DNA of 64,000 nt from Desulfobaccales bacterium (GTDB lineage: Bacteria > Desulfobacterota > Desulfobaccia > Desulfobaccales > 0-14-0-80-60-11). This document shows, piece after piece, positions 29,253-37,179 of this stretch. The stretch is taken from NCBI GenBank assembly GCA_049696835.1, contig JBAVUP010000161.1, positions 8,726-72,725 on the forward strand, read 5' to 3'. The notes under the pieces are model-generated. The model was not told the origin of the DNA. It saw nothing but the letters and a program-made list of their open reading frames with translations, and did not search any database. The position numbers and the translations under genes are program-made. The first letter of the stretch is position 1; every line of letters begins with the position of its first letter.

Positions 29253-31169
29253 TCATCCCTGCAGCAGGGCCTCAGCCACGTACGCGTCGGTGACCAGCAC
29301 GTTGAAATACTTCCCTTTGAGGCAGGCCCGGATGGCTTGGGTCTTTTCCAGGCCCCCGGCCACCGCCACCACGTAGCGGTCGGCCCTGGCGGCGCGTTCT
29401 CTGAGTTCCAACGCTCCCACCCCGATGACCCGCCGGGTCAGGGCCGCCAGCTGTTTGTCTTTGCCGTCCAGCATGGGCTCACCCCGGGCATCTATCGGCG
29501 TATGGTTGATCTCGCCCACCACGCCTTTTTTCTTCAGGTCCTCCGCGGTCAAGCCCATTTCCTGGTCGGCAAACGCGCGGAACCCGGGCATGGGACCCGT
29601 CAGGTAGCCTATGCCCAGCACCATGATATCCACGTCCCAAATTTCCCGGTAGATTTGCTGGAGCTTGGGATTGGCCGCCATCTGCTTCTCGTATTCTTCC
29701 TTGGTCTTCACCGGAATGGTGGGCAGGGTGTAAGCCGTGGCATCGGGGTACTTGGTGCTCATCATGCCCACCATGGCGTTGGCGGTGAGCCCCGGCATGG
29801 TGAGGATGGGCGTCAGGGTCAACGGATAGAGGTGCAGGCCCGTGAGGCGCTCCGGCTCCAGGTAGGTAATGAGGGAATACAGGGTCTTGCCGCCGGAAAG
29901 GCCGATCTTGGCGCCGCTCCAGGCGATTTCCTCCAGGTAATACGCCCCTTCGCGGGCCACGGTCTTCTGGATGGCTCCCAGGTCCTTGATCCCGGGGTCC
30001 ACCACCCGCAGTTCCCGGAGGTGCGGGTAGAGTTGTTTGAGCCGGTCCTCCAGGTCGCTGCGCCGGGGGATAGCCGATTTTTCGAAGATAAAGGCCATCA
30101 CCTGGGGCAGGGTGGTGTATTCCATGTCGTGCAATCCCAGGCGATGCGGCTCGAAGGGCCCGTGGCGCCGCATGTAATTGGCCACCCGGTTGGCCTCTTT
30201 GCGCGCTTCATCAAAGGCCACGTCCGCAAACATATCCATGGGGCCCAGGAGTTTGCCCTCGCAGAGCTGGTAGCCCGCGGCGATCACCCGGGGCGGGCCG
30301 TCAAACCGGCTGGGGATGGCGTCTTTAAAGGCCACCGGCATCAGCGGGCCGTGGTGCGAGCCCCGCATCCAGCCCTCCACCAGATGCGGGAAGGCGAAGG
30401 GTTCCAAGACCTCGCCGACCGCCGGAAAGCCGGACTGGCAGCGAGCGATCATCACCGGGTCGTCTTTGCCCACGTAGCGCCCGGCCAGGAGACCCAGCTT
30501 CTGGGACGAGGCCGCGGCCGCCACTTCGTTGTCTTTTTTACGATAAATGTTCTCGATGAGGTAGCGGCCCGGGGTGCCGATCAATACCAGCAGGTCGTAC
30601 ATGTCCTCGGGGCAGGACAGGATCCATTCCTTGTGTTCGATGGCGTCGATCACCCGGAAGCGGAAGCCCCGGTGCATGTTGGGGTCGATGACCAGCCCCA
30701 CGGTGGTGAAGGGATCGCCGAAGATGCGAAACAGGGGCAGGTTCCAGGCGCCGGGGGACGTCTTGTCCGCCATGAAGATGATGACCGGCTCGCTCTTGCG
30801 CTCTTCAAAGTGCAGTTCCGCTACCCCCGGCCCCATGCCCTTGACGTTGCCGGAGAAGGAGTCCGCCAGCATGTCCTGACCGGCCCCGTAGAGCTTCAAC
30901 CGCTTGGCCAGTTGGGTAAGCTCCATGAAGGTGTCCCAGGCGAACTGATGGATGTCCGAGTCTTCCTCGCCGCGGCGATGGGTCATGATCAGCTCCACGT
31001 CGTCGCCGCAATTGAGCACCTGGCCGTCGATGAGGAGGCCGCGCTCCACCGCCGCTTTTACCAGTTTCCGGGCTAAGACCAACATGTCCGGGTAACAGGT
31101 GCTGTGCCCCACCCAGCCGCCCACGTCGGCTTTGATTACCGATAACGTAATCTTGTCTGCGGTTCCCAT
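29253..31169 (-). CDS. fbp: Class-V fructose-1,6-bisphosphate aldolase/phosphatase fused to a SorC/CggR-type sugar-phosphate-binding domain
   Basis: Residues 1 to about 375 match archaeal-type FBP aldolase/phosphatase (ITLSVIKADVGG, SFSGNVKGMGPGVAE, GKDDPVMI, GWMRGSHHGPLMPV, RFDGPPR, MEYTTLP). Residues from about 385 to 638 follow the SorC sugar-binding pattern (IGLSGGKTL, DIMVLGIG, VVAVAGGLEKTQAIRACLKGKYFNVLVTD..A.ALL). No HTH is present. Confidence 0.85.
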   Translation of the reverse strand: MGTADKITLSVIKADVGGWVGHSTCYPDMLVLARKLVKAAVERGLLIDGQVLNCGDDVELIMTHRRGEEDSDIHQFAWDTFMELTQLAKRLKLYGAGQDMLADSFSGNVKGMGPGVAELHFEERKSEPVIIFMADKTSPGAWNLPLFRIFGDPFTTVGLVIDPNMHRGFRFRVIDAIEHKEWILSCPEDMYDLLVLIGTPGRYLIENIYRKKDNEVAAAASSQKLGLLAGRYVGKDDPVMIARCQSGFPAVGEVLEPFAFPHLVEGWMRGSHHGPLMPVAFKDAIPSRFDGPPRVIAAGYQLCEGKLLGPMDMFADVAFDEARKEANRVANYMRRHGPFEPHRLGLHDMEYTTLPQVMAFIFEKSAIPRRSDLEDRLKQLYPHLRELRVVDPGIKDLGAIQKTVAREGAYYLEEIAWSGAKIGLSGGKTLYSLITYLEPERLTGLHLYPLTLTPILTMPGLTANAMVGMMSTKYPDATAYTLPTIPVKTKEEYEKQMAANPKLQQIYREIWDVDIMVLGIGYLTGPMPGFRAFADQEMGLTAEDLKKKGVVGEINHTPIDARGEPMLDGKDKQLAALTRRVIGVGALELRERAARADRYVVAVAGGLEKTQAIRACLKGKYFNVLVTDAYVAEALLQG

Positions 31170-31243
31170 AAGTCCTCCTTTTCTTCACGGGGTCCGGTTA
31201 AATGGTTTGGCAGAGGCTGACGGTTTATGGTAATCAGAAGTTC

Positions 31244-31825
31244 ATGCGTATGAGAAAGTGCACCTCCCTGGGTCTGGTCCTGACCCTCTGTCTGCTCGGC
31301 CAGTGGGGCTGCGTCCCCCGCGTGCCCCCGGCCACGCCGCCGGGCCTGACGCTAACGCCCGGCCGCTATCTTACCGCTTGTTATCGAGCCCCCAATTTCG
31401 CGCCGGTCCATGCGACCTATGCCCTGACGCCCTTCCCCGTGGCCACCGCCCAGGGGACTCCGGCCGACGTCCAGGGCCTCTTCATGCAGGAGCTGACCCA
31501 GGCCTGGCGGGCGAACGGCCTCAAGACCTCGCCCCAGGGCGACACCGTCCTGACCGGCGTCATTCAATACGTGGCCATCCGGGGCACCGCCCTCCGCTTC
31601 CTCACTGCCAAGATCGATGCCTACCTGGTGGTGTCCGGGGCCATCTCCCGGGGCGACGTCACCCTCTTTGCCTTCCAGGACCGCGTCAGCATCAGCTCCC
31701 CGGTGAACCCCGGGCCCCCGGCTCCCAAGGAAAGCGAACTGTTGCTGCGCCAGGCCGCCCACACCTTTGCCGGCCACCTGCTCAATGAAATGCTGCTTTA
31801 CTGGCCCCCCGCCGAAGGTAAATAG
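31244..31825 (+). CDS. Lipoprotein, function unknown
   Basis: MRMRKCTSLGLVLTLCLLGQWGC is a lipobox signal peptide. The ATG at 31244 is preferred. Confidence 0.7.
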   Translation: MRMRKCTSLGLVLTLCLLGQWGCVPRVPPATPPGLTLTPGRYLTACYRAPNFAPVHATYALTPFPVATAQGTPADVQGLFMQELTQAWRANGLKTSPQGDTVLTGVIQYVAIRGTALRFLTAKIDAYLVVSGAISRGDVTLFAFQDRVSISSPVNPGPPAPKESELLLRQAAHTFAGHLLNEMLLYWPPAEGK

Positions 31826-32547
31826 ATCTCGCCAAAGACCCGCACAATGAGGCGAGGCCTCTTCTCGGAAGTGGTGAACAGCTCAATAATGCCCGCATAA
31901 GGCCCCGCATCCTGGCGCTTGTTGCGCACCTCCAGGTCATAAATCTTGTCCGGCACTTCCGGCTTGAGGCTCACCTCGATTTTGTCCGGGATGGTGGTAC
32001 GGTAGCCGGTAATCTTCCAGGGGCCCGGCAGGTGCGAAATAAAGCGCACCTCCCCCTTCAGATTGTCGCCCGGGCTGCCCCGCAGCCGCACGATGTGGCT
32101 GGGCTGAATCTCGATGAAGGGTTGGGCCACTCCCGTCAGGTCCAGGTAGAGCACCGGTTGCTCCGGGTCGTTCAGCCTGACCTTGGTTTCCTTCTTGAAT
32201 TGATGGATCACCGAAAACGGTTTGATGCTCAGGGTGATTTCCCCCTGGGCGCCCGCCGGGATGCTCTTATCGTAGCTCGCCACGGTGCAGGCGCAGTCCG
32301 GGTCCACGTCCTCGATTCTCAAGGTCTCCGACCCGGTGTTGCGGACCACAAAGGTATGGGTCAGGGACTGGTCTTCATAGATGTGGCCGAAATCAAAGGT
32401 GGTGGCCCCGATGGCCGCCTGGGGGCCGGTCCCCGCCGCCCCCGCCGCCCTGGGAAGGACGGCTCCGGCCATGGCCGCCGCCCCCAGGAGCACCCAGGCC
32501 CCTAGGCCAATAACTTGCCGTAATTTCATGATGTTAAGTTTTATCAT
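31798..32547 (-). CDS. DUF1573-like secreted protein
   Basis: A signal peptide is followed by the motif FVVRNTGSETLRIEDVDPDCACTV. The start is ambiguous (32547 or 32529). Confidence 0.72.
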   Translation of the reverse strand: MIKLNIMKLRQVIGLGAWVLLGAAAMAGAVLPRAAGAAGTGPQAAIGATTFDFGHIYEDQSLTHTFVVRNTGSETLRIEDVDPDCACTVASYDKSIPAGAQGEITLSIKPFSVIHQFKKETKVRLNDPEQPVLYLDLTGVAQPFIEIQPSHIVRLRGSPGDNLKGEVRFISHLPGPWKITGYRTTIPDKIEVSLKPEVPDKIYDLEVRNKRQDAGPYAGIIELFTTSEKRPRLIVRVFGEIYLPSAGGQ

Positions 32548-32778
32548 GGTCGTGTGTGGTTGACTCCAGGCGCGGCCGGCATTTCCAACCCTTGGGTTTG
32601 GGAAAGCTACGCCCACCGGGGCTGTGTCCCACCTGCCGGCAACGCCGCCGCGAGACTCTTGCCGCTATATTATCATAAACATTTGTCAAGGTTCCCGAAA
32701 AGATTTATGATAACCGTGGAAACTGATGGCTATCCCGGTAATTTTCCAGGACTTCTCAAGCGCCAGGAGGTTGAGCGG

Positions 32779-33051
32779 ATGCAACGACGGATGCGGCTTG
32801 CCGGCATGGTGGTGGTGGCCACGCTGCTGATCATGGTGGGCAGCGGCTGTGCCTCCTCATCAACGGTGCAACAACCCCCGACCACCGGCTATATGCAGAG
32901 CGCCGTGGGCACGACGAACGAGTTGTCCCCCCTGGCGCCCCCGGGGGCCTGCAACCTGCATAAGGTCGGGAACCGTTGGACCTGCGAAGTGAACGGGCAG
33001 ACCATGGTCTATAATGACGCCTCCTCTCGTTGGGAACCCCAACCGAAGTGA
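32779..33051 (+). CDS. Small lipoprotein (90 aa), paralog of 33329..33637
   Basis: Trimmed from the track ORF to MQRRMRLAG... with lipobox GSGC. It shares QPPTT.YMQS.VGT.NELSPLAP...KVGN.W.C.VNGQTMV.ND.AS.WEP with the next gene. Confidence 0.7.
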   Translation: MQRRMRLAGMVVVATLLIMVGSGCASSSTVQQPPTTGYMQSAVGTTNELSPLAPPGACNLHKVGNRWTCEVNGQTMVYNDASSRWEPQPK

Positions 33052-33328
33052 CGCCTGGATACATAAGCCCGTTTGCGGTTTTCGGTAAAATAATGTAACA
33101 TATTCATAGGTTATCCCCTTTATAACAGGGGATTTAGCGGGTTTATGAAGCGGTGATCTCATCCCCCCTTATCCTCCCCTTGAAAAAAGGGGTGAGAAAC
33201 CCTACTTTTAAAGAAGAGCGGCATAGCCCCAGTCGGCTGGGTCATCAAGTACGGTGGACGCCAACCACCCCGGCTTTTGACTGGCCTGATGAGGTGCCGC
33301 GATTTTTTCAGGGAGGGAGGGTTAACCG

Positions 33329-33637
33329 ATGTCAGCTAAGATTAATTTTGCCGTGTTGGTGGTGGCCGCAACGACGTTGATCTTCGCGGGAAGTGGCTTG
33401 GCCGCCTCCCCGGGCCAATCATCCGGGGCGATCCGCGTCGAACAACCCCCGACCACCAGCTATATGCAAAGCCAGGTGGGGACGTCGAACGAGTTGTCCC
33501 CGCTGGCGCCCGCAGAGGCGAAAAACATGCGCAAGGTCGGCAATCAGTGGCTCTGCGACGTGAATGGGCAGACCATGGTTTTTAATGATGGCGCCTCTTG
33601 TTGGGAACCGCATCAGCAGGAAGGTCGGAAAAAATAA
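33329..33637 (+). CDS. Small secreted protein (102 aa), paralog of 32779..33051
   Basis: Has a signal peptide and the same conserved 60-aa core as the upstream gene. RBS is GGAGGGAGGG. Confidence 0.72.
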   Translation: MSAKINFAVLVVAATTLIFAGSGLAASPGQSSGAIRVEQPPTTSYMQSQVGTSNELSPLAPAEAKNMRKVGNQWLCDVNGQTMVFNDGASCWEPHQQEGRKK

Positions 33638-33851
33638 GGGGATGGCGCCTCACTTCCGTCTCTGCTAAAATTTAATAACTTTTGTTAGATTTGTCTCTGC
33701 CGACTACAGCCGGCGCGGGTGTGGCGCCTGTTGGTCTTATCAGAGAGAGCCTCAAAGGTATGCCCTCGCGGCGGGGGTAATCTCTTTATCCATGTATGAC
33801 TAATTTGCATGGCGACCGGGGATCGGGGGTCGCCGGGGGAGACCGTCAACC

Positions 33852-34433
33852 ATGCCCAACAGCAAGGTCCACCGTCAGACCCGGGAGACGGAAGTCACTC
33901 TGGAACTGGAACTGGATGGCCGCGGCCACGCCGATATCGACACCGGCATTCCCTTTCTCAATCACATGCTCCATCTCTTCGCCGCCCACGGGTATTTTGA
34001 CCTCACCGTCCGGGCCATGGGCGACCTCCAGGTGGACCAGCACCACACCGTGGAAGATATCGGCATCTGCCTGGGGCACGCCTTTCGGGAGGCCCTGGAG
34101 CAGCGGCCCGGGGTGCGCCGCTTCGGCGAGGCCCGGGTCCCCATGGACGAAGCCCTGGCGCAGGTGACCGTGGACCTGAGCAACCGCCCCTTCCTCCATC
34201 TGGAGGTGGACCTGCCGCCGGGCGCCGCCGGCCTGGACCCCCAACTGCTCAAGGAATTCTGGCGGGCCATCGCCAACCACGGCGGCATGACCCTGCACAT
34301 CACCGTGCCCTACGGCGAGAACACCCACCACATCCTCGAAGCCGTGTTCAAGGCCGCCGGCCGGGCCCTGGATATGGCCACGACCCCGGAACCCCGGGCC
34401 GCCGGCGTGCCGTCCACCAAGGGAGTGCTTTAA
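33852..34433 (+). CDS. hisB: Imidazoleglycerol-phosphate dehydratase
   Basis: Contains RETEVTLELELDG, GIPFLNHMLHLFAAHG, DQHHTVEDIGI and HHILEAVFKA. Confidence 0.94.
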   Translation: MPNSKVHRQTRETEVTLELELDGRGHADIDTGIPFLNHMLHLFAAHGYFDLTVRAMGDLQVDQHHTVEDIGICLGHAFREALEQRPGVRRFGEARVPMDEALAQVTVDLSNRPFLHLEVDLPPGAAGLDPQLLKEFWRAIANHGGMTLHITVPYGENTHHILEAVFKAAGRALDMATTPEPRAAGVPSTKGVL

Positions 34434-34439
34434 AGAAGG

Positions 34440-34467
34440 TTTTCAGTTTCCGGTTTTCAGTTCTCAG
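34440..34467. repeat. Heptanucleotide array (TTTYCRG-like)x4
   Basis: Sequence is ttttcag tttccgg ttttcag ttctcag. It begins 6 nt after the hisB stop. Confidence 0.85.
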
Positions 34468-34490
34468 TTAAGGAAAATTCGTGGTTTCCT

Positions 34491-34590
34491 GTAGGGGCGG
34501 ACCTGCGTGTCCGCCCTTACAAATCCTCGTTCCCAAGCTCCTGCTTGGGAACGCTGATTTTTGGCACAAGCTCTGCTTGGGCACCTTAAT
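34491..34590. repeat. GTAG-REP hairpin + double-hairpin element (copy D)
   Basis: The REP hairpin is gtaggGGCGGACctgcgtGTCCGCCcttacaaa. It is followed by cGTTCCCAAGCtcctGCTTGGGAACg and a GCACAAGC/GCTTGGGC hairpin. Confidence 0.85.
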
Positions 34591-34603
34591 CCCTGGCTCT
34601 TTA

Positions 34604-34649
34604 CTGACAACTGACAACTGACAACTGACAACTGACAACTGGGTACTGG
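34604..34649. repeat. Heptanucleotide array (CTGACAA)x5 plus 2 degenerate units
   Basis: Five perfect units (ctgacaa) are followed by ctgggta ctggc. The array directly abuts the pirin TAG stop. Confidence 0.93.
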
Positions 34650-35564
34650 CTACTGACCACCGCTCTTAATAAACGTGCCCTGCCGATACTCCTCAAACGC
34701 CACCCTGAGTTCCTCCTCCGTATTCATCACAATGGGGCCGTACCACGCCACCGGCTCGCCGATAGGCTTGCCCGAGACCAGCAGAAACCTCACCGGCTCT
34801 GCCTCCGTGGACACCATGATCCGGTCGCCGTCGCCGAAGAGGGCCAGCATGCCGTTACTGACAAACGGCTCCCATTGCATATCGAAGTAGTTTCGCCCTT
34901 CCACCTCATGGGAAAAAGGCTTCTTCTCCTGGCAGAAGTACCCCTGGCCCCCGATGACATAGGCAAACACGGTGTGGCCCCGGACGGTGGGATGGGTGAA
35001 GGCCGTGCCCGCCGGCACCGTGACGTCCAGGTACTCCGGCTCGGTGACCACATCCTTGACCGGCCCGGTCACCTCCCCTACCCTGCCGGCAATAATCTTG
35101 AGGGTGACGCCCCCGGACAGTGCCACCTCCGGGATGTCCTGGGTTTCCACCCCCCGGTAGCGGGGCGCCATCATCTTCTGGGCCTTGGGCAGATTGGCCC
35201 ACAACTGCAACCCGTACATCACCCCTTGCGGGTCCCCTTTCGGCATTTCCTGGTGGATGATGCCGCGGCCCGCGGTCATCCATTGCACGTCCCCCGAGGA
35301 AATCACCCCCTTATTCCCCAGGCTGTCGCCGTGCTCCACGTCGCCCCGGAGCACGTAGGTGATGGTCTCGATGCCCCGGTGCGGGTGCCACGGGAAGCCC
35401 TTGACATAATCCTCGGGATTGGTCGACCGGAAATCGTCCAGCAGGAGAAACGGGTCGAACTGCGGCACCTCGGCAAACCCGAACACCCTGTTTAAATGCA
35501 CCCCTGCCCCCTCGAGGGTGGGTTTGGCCTTCAACACCTTGCGGATATTTCTGGTGGTGGTCAT
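34650..35564 (-). CDS. Pirin-family protein
   Basis: Bicupin with HPHRGIETITYVLRG..EH.DS.G. Confidence 0.9.
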   Translation of the reverse strand: MTTTRNIRKVLKAKPTLEGAGVHLNRVFGFAEVPQFDPFLLLDDFRSTNPEDYVKGFPWHPHRGIETITYVLRGDVEHGDSLGNKGVISSGDVQWMTAGRGIIHQEMPKGDPQGVMYGLQLWANLPKAQKMMAPRYRGVETQDIPEVALSGGVTLKIIAGRVGEVTGPVKDVVTEPEYLDVTVPAGTAFTHPTVRGHTVFAYVIGGQGYFCQEKKPFSHEVEGRNYFDMQWEPFVSNGMLALFGDGDRIMVSTEAEPVRFLLVSGKPIGEPVAWYGPIVMNTEEELRVAFEEYRQGTFIKSGGQ

Positions 35565-35755
35565 GGTGGCCCTCCATTGATTCTTTGCCAGCTCTTCTAA
35601 GAACTATAAGACCGACTATTCCAAAAATCAAAAACGTGAGATTTGCCATAAAAATTCGCCCGTAATGGCCAATAAAGCCCCAGAATTTACCTTTCCCAAT
35701 AATTTCTGGCTTTCTTCATATCCCCAATTTTTCCAAAAGACCCTCCTCCCTCCCC

Positions 35756-35784
35756 TTGTTTTTCCGAAAATGATGCTTATTTAT
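35756..35784 (+). promoter_or_regulatory. Sigma70-type promoter of ncRNA unit 1
   Basis: TTGTTT-N17-ATTTAT, positionally homologous to the stronger promoter of unit 2. Confidence 0.5.
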
Positions 35785-35790
35785 ATGTTT

Positions 35791-36150
35791 GCTAGGACGG
35801 TCAGTCTGAGCACCGCAAGGTTACGGGTTGACGGCCGTTCGGCTGCGCCCGAACGAGGGTAGGATCGCCCTCCGGACTGAACCTCACGGCAACCTGCTTT
35901 GGCCCTGAGCAGCAGGCCGGCCAATGATCCAAAGGTTTTAAGCATGGCCGGCGGGGCGCTGATAGCCGGAAGCGGCCATAGATGCCCGCTCCGCGGCCGA
36001 AGCAGTGAAGGCGACCACGGAACGTTCCGGACGTTTGTTCGGCGACTTCCTGCGTGGAGAATGAAAAAGGTTCCGTGATCTTGGGAAGCCGGGGAATCCC
36101 AGATGAATCCTCCTCCTGCTAAGGAGGTCTCTGGTTCCCCGGCTTTCTTC
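35791..36150 (+). ncRNA. Candidate structured ncRNA, unit 1 (~360 nt), class unknown
   Basis: Bounded by a promoter and by the terminator GCCGGGGAA...TTCCCCGGC+TTTCTTC (36088-36150). The 113-nt 5' core is nearly identical to unit 2. It has multiple GC hairpins and no credible ORF. Confidence 0.6.
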
Positions 36151-36230
36151 GTGCAGCCCCCTCGCCTACCTGCCCTCTGAGGGCCGGGTCTCAGCCACTT
36201 AAGATTTTGTTATAAAACTTCCCCACCCCC

Positions 36231-36259
36231 TTGATTTTCCGGGAAAGATGCGTTATAAT
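36231..36259 (+). promoter_or_regulatory. Sigma70-type promoter of ncRNA unit 2
   Basis: TTGATT-N17-TATAAT, with a consensus -10 hexamer. Confidence 0.6.
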
Positions 36260-36265
36260 ATATAC

Positions 36266-36623
36266 GCTAAGATGTTCAGTCTGAGCACCGGAAGGGTTAC
36301 GGGTGGACGGCCGTTCGGCTGCGCCCGAACGAGGGCAGGGTCGCCCTCCGGACTGAACCTCACGGCAACCTGCTTTGGCCCTGAGCAAAGGCGGCCATCG
36401 ACCCGCGGCAGCAAAGATGGCTCAGCCGGGTGCTGGAGCCGGAAAAGGCCCAACAGCCTGCTCCGCTGCCGAAGCAGCGAGGACACCGCGCAACCGTGCG
36501 GACCTGGCTCCGCCGAATCCTTCGGAGGAATGGATAACGGTTTCGTGGTCCTGGGGAGGCCGGGGCATTCAGGAGAGTCTCTTCGCAGAGCGGAGACGCC
36601 TGAATCCCCGGCTTTCTTTGTTT
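36266..36623 (+). ncRNA. Candidate structured ncRNA, unit 2 (~358 nt), paralog of unit 1
   Basis: Bounded by a promoter and by the terminator GCCGGGGCATTCAGG...CCTGAATCCCCGGC+TTTCTTTGTTT (36559-36623). It shares the 5' core (36275-36387) and the GCCGAAGCAG island with unit 1. Confidence 0.6.
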
Positions 36624-36884
36624 ACCCCCTATGTTCCTGTCTTCTGAGCATCCCAGGCGCGCCTAGGTCTGTTTCCTGGCTTCCGCCCCCAGCCTCAAAA
36701 TAGTGGTCATTGCTGTTATCTCTGCTGGCTATCTCCCTCGCCTCGCCTAAACTGAAATTGTGTGACGCCATCGCCTCAGAAAGCATTACCCCATGACGTA
36801 CGTTTCAAACTATTATTATGCCCGAGTGGCACAGGCTTCCAGCCTGTGAAAATTCCGGAGGACTTTTTTCCTCATTCCCAAGCT

Positions 36885-37016
36885 CCTGTTCCGAAAAGTC
36901 TTTCGTAGGGTGCGTTCTACGCACCATCTGCTTTCGGCAGCGGCGGGCACCGAGGCCCGTCCTACCGACTTTTCATAGTTTCGGGTGTTCCGAAGAAACA
37001 TGAATTACTGCTTTGG
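36885..37016. repeat. ~135-nt structured dispersed repeat, copy 2 of 3
   Basis: See 19092-19217. This copy includes GTAGGGTGCGTTCTACGCACC and the hairpin GTGTTCCGAAGAAACAT. Confidence 0.85.
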
Positions 37017-37179
37017 CGCCTTCGTCGTAAAAGCGGCACACCAGCGGCACAAAAAGGCGAAAAAAGGGGGACCCTAACGGCGGAAACCCGGGTATAATCA
37101 GAACCAGCGCGGCGCAAAAAAGGAACAAAGCATTGTCGCGGCACCCCCGACGGGCGCCCCCTTGCCCTGAGAGGTCACC

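Noticed and set aside
35311-35649. A 112-aa minus-strand ORF whose first ~25 residues (MANLTFLIFGIVGLIVLRRAG) look like a TM helix upstream of pirin.
   Set aside because: The rest of the ORF runs out of frame through the pirin coding sequence and is His/Gly/Arg-rich. It has no RBS. It is probably a chance hydrophobic stretch in an AT-richer spacer.
35791-36623. Identity of the tandem RNAs as RNase P RNA, tmRNA, SRP/4.5S, 6S RNA, a cobalamin riboswitch, a T-box, or a group II intron fragment.
   Set aside because: I looked for the diagnostic strings. These were GGAAAGUCCGG and ACAGAACCCGGCUUA for RNase P, a tRNA-like 3' end or tag ORF for tmRNA, the GGAAGCAGCC helix-8 context for SRP, the B12 box GCCACUG, the T-box consensus, and domain V for group II introns. 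None is present. This is manual inspection only; cmscan is needed.
35791-36623. The idea that the two RNAs are CsrB/RsmZ-like CsrA sponges, because each contains about 10 GGA triplets.
   Set aside because: At this base composition about 7 GGA per 360 nt is expected by chance. Few of the GGA triplets sit in obvious A(N)GGA hairpin loops. This is not supportable from sequence alone.
36191-36703. ORFs overlapping the candidate ncRNA units: 36248..36703 (+), 36253..36486 (-), 36375..36647 (+), 36191..36388 (-) and 35665..35862 (+).
   Set aside because: Their composition is Arg/Ser/Gly/Pro-rich and low-complexity, and they lack an RBS. The two paralogous units differ by indels that would break any shared frame. 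The conserved part is better explained by RNA hairpins.
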